Positions 62,881 to 64,000 of a stretch of 64,000 bases of DNA are shown here, piece by piece. The notes below the pieces were generated by a model. It did not search any database. It was not told the DNA's origin and saw only the letters and a program-made list of their open reading frames with translations. Position numbers and translations under genes: made by a program. Source of the DNA: Owenia fusiformis (lineage: Eukaryota); NCBI GenBank assembly GCA_903813345.2, contig CAIIXF020000001.1, positions 11,656,001-11,720,000 of the forward strand, in the 5' to 3' direction. Each line of letters begins with the position of its first letter. The first letter of the stretch is position 1.

Positions 62881-63342
62881 CAGGGTGGTCAAAAAATGGA
62901 AACCCTTACGCCATTTTCCTCATATCTTTGTAATCTTAAAAAATAACTCCCTGATATTTACACATTTGTACATCATTCAATTCCGTACCAGCCAAATATA
63001 TTTCATGACCATCAGATTGATAGTCACAATGTTACAGCACTTTAAAGAACATGCCCCAGTATAGTAGCCACTTTTATGCTTTTGGCAAACCTGCACACAT
63101 AGTCCAAAATGTCCATACCTGTAAAGATACGTCAATGATAGAGTGTATGAGAATGTACTCAAACAATTGAGGACCTCAAAAGTGAGATCTTCCATGTCAT
63201 TCAGGCCATATCAGTTGAGAAATGCATTCGGGTCATTGACAACTGTGCAGGTTTGACTACAGCGCGATAATGCCCAAATCTGTAGCATGTTGTTCAAAGT
63301 GCTGTAAAATTGTGACTATCAGTCTGGTGGTCATGAAATATA
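62881..63342. mobile_element. Tc1-type element fragment with internal ~55-bp inverted repeat
   Basis: TA|CAGGGTGGTCAAAAAA start; 62998-63055 inverted at 63285-63342. Confidence 0.45.
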
Positions 63343-63355
63343 GTAGGGTGATAGG

Positions 63356-64000
63356 TAGAGGTGTCAAGTATTAACCGGTTAACCGGTTAACCGCCGATAA
63401 TGCCTTGACCGGTCTGTGTTTTTATGGGTGGTTAGTTGACCGTGTATAATTCTGTTATTTCCCGGGCTAATATTGCATGCTCATCTGTTTGCTTTTAAAG
63501 TGTCAGTTTCACGTAAGCTACTCATACATGTCATAAGTCCGATAACTCCTTACAAACATCCAATCAGCAACTTTAATCCCTGCCACATTGCTTTCCCGAG
63601 CTTACCTTGCATGTTAATCTGTTTGTTTTTCAAGTGTCAGTTTCATGTGAGCTACTCATACACGTGATAGTTCCGATCACTCCTTACAAACATCCAATCA
63701 GCACCTTTAATCGCCGCCACATTGATTTCCCGCGATTACTTTGCATGTTAAATCTGTTTGTTTTTCAAGTGTCAGCCATGTAGGCTAGGCAAATGGAAGT
63801 TTAACATCCCAAAAATTGCAACTGTTTTTAAATTAGGCCTTTATTGTATATTGATACCAGTTGAAAAACATATCAAAAATATAGAAAAATATATGCAGTG
63901 GACAAATATGAAATGTCACATTCTAGGTACCCCCCTCCAAATTTGAGTATGGGATTGTAAATATTTTTTAATTTCAAAATTAAATGCTCTTGTCAACTAA
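63356..64000. mobile_element. Left end of a probable hAT-like element with ~145-bp internal tandem repeats
   Basis: TAGAGGTG..TTAACCGGTTAACCGGTTAACCG subterminal motif; repeats at ~63473-63780; other end not seen. Confidence 0.45.

Overview
AT-rich eukaryotic (animal, most likely marine invertebrate) genomic DNA; the species cannot be named from sequence alone. The window is dominated by one large minus-strand gene. I assembled 32 coding exons by hand (ATG at 61522 down to 4814; all GT-AG, phases consistent, 5093 nt, about 1697 aa). They encode a secreted protein: signal peptide - VWA - VWA - 8 x acidic PKD/K319L-like Ig-fold repeats - VWA - EGF - VWA - EGF - partial VWA; its 3' end is unresolved. 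One 8.3-kb intron (7753-16030) holds two intact antisense nested genes: a class A GPCR with a single coding exon and a two-exon type II membrane nucleotide-diphospho-sugar transferase. The introns carry many mobile elements: a young 5'-truncated LINE with one nonsense codon, a deleted mariner, a TTAA-flanked foldback, pogo/Tigger-type MITEs, Helentron-like elements that all lie in one orientation, and a tRNA-derived SINE head. The most unusual structural signal is at 3' splice sites. Three different exons have their intron/exon junction itself amplified into a 7-16 copy tandem array, and a fourth has an array just upstream of the acceptor. No tools were run; all coordinates were read by eye.
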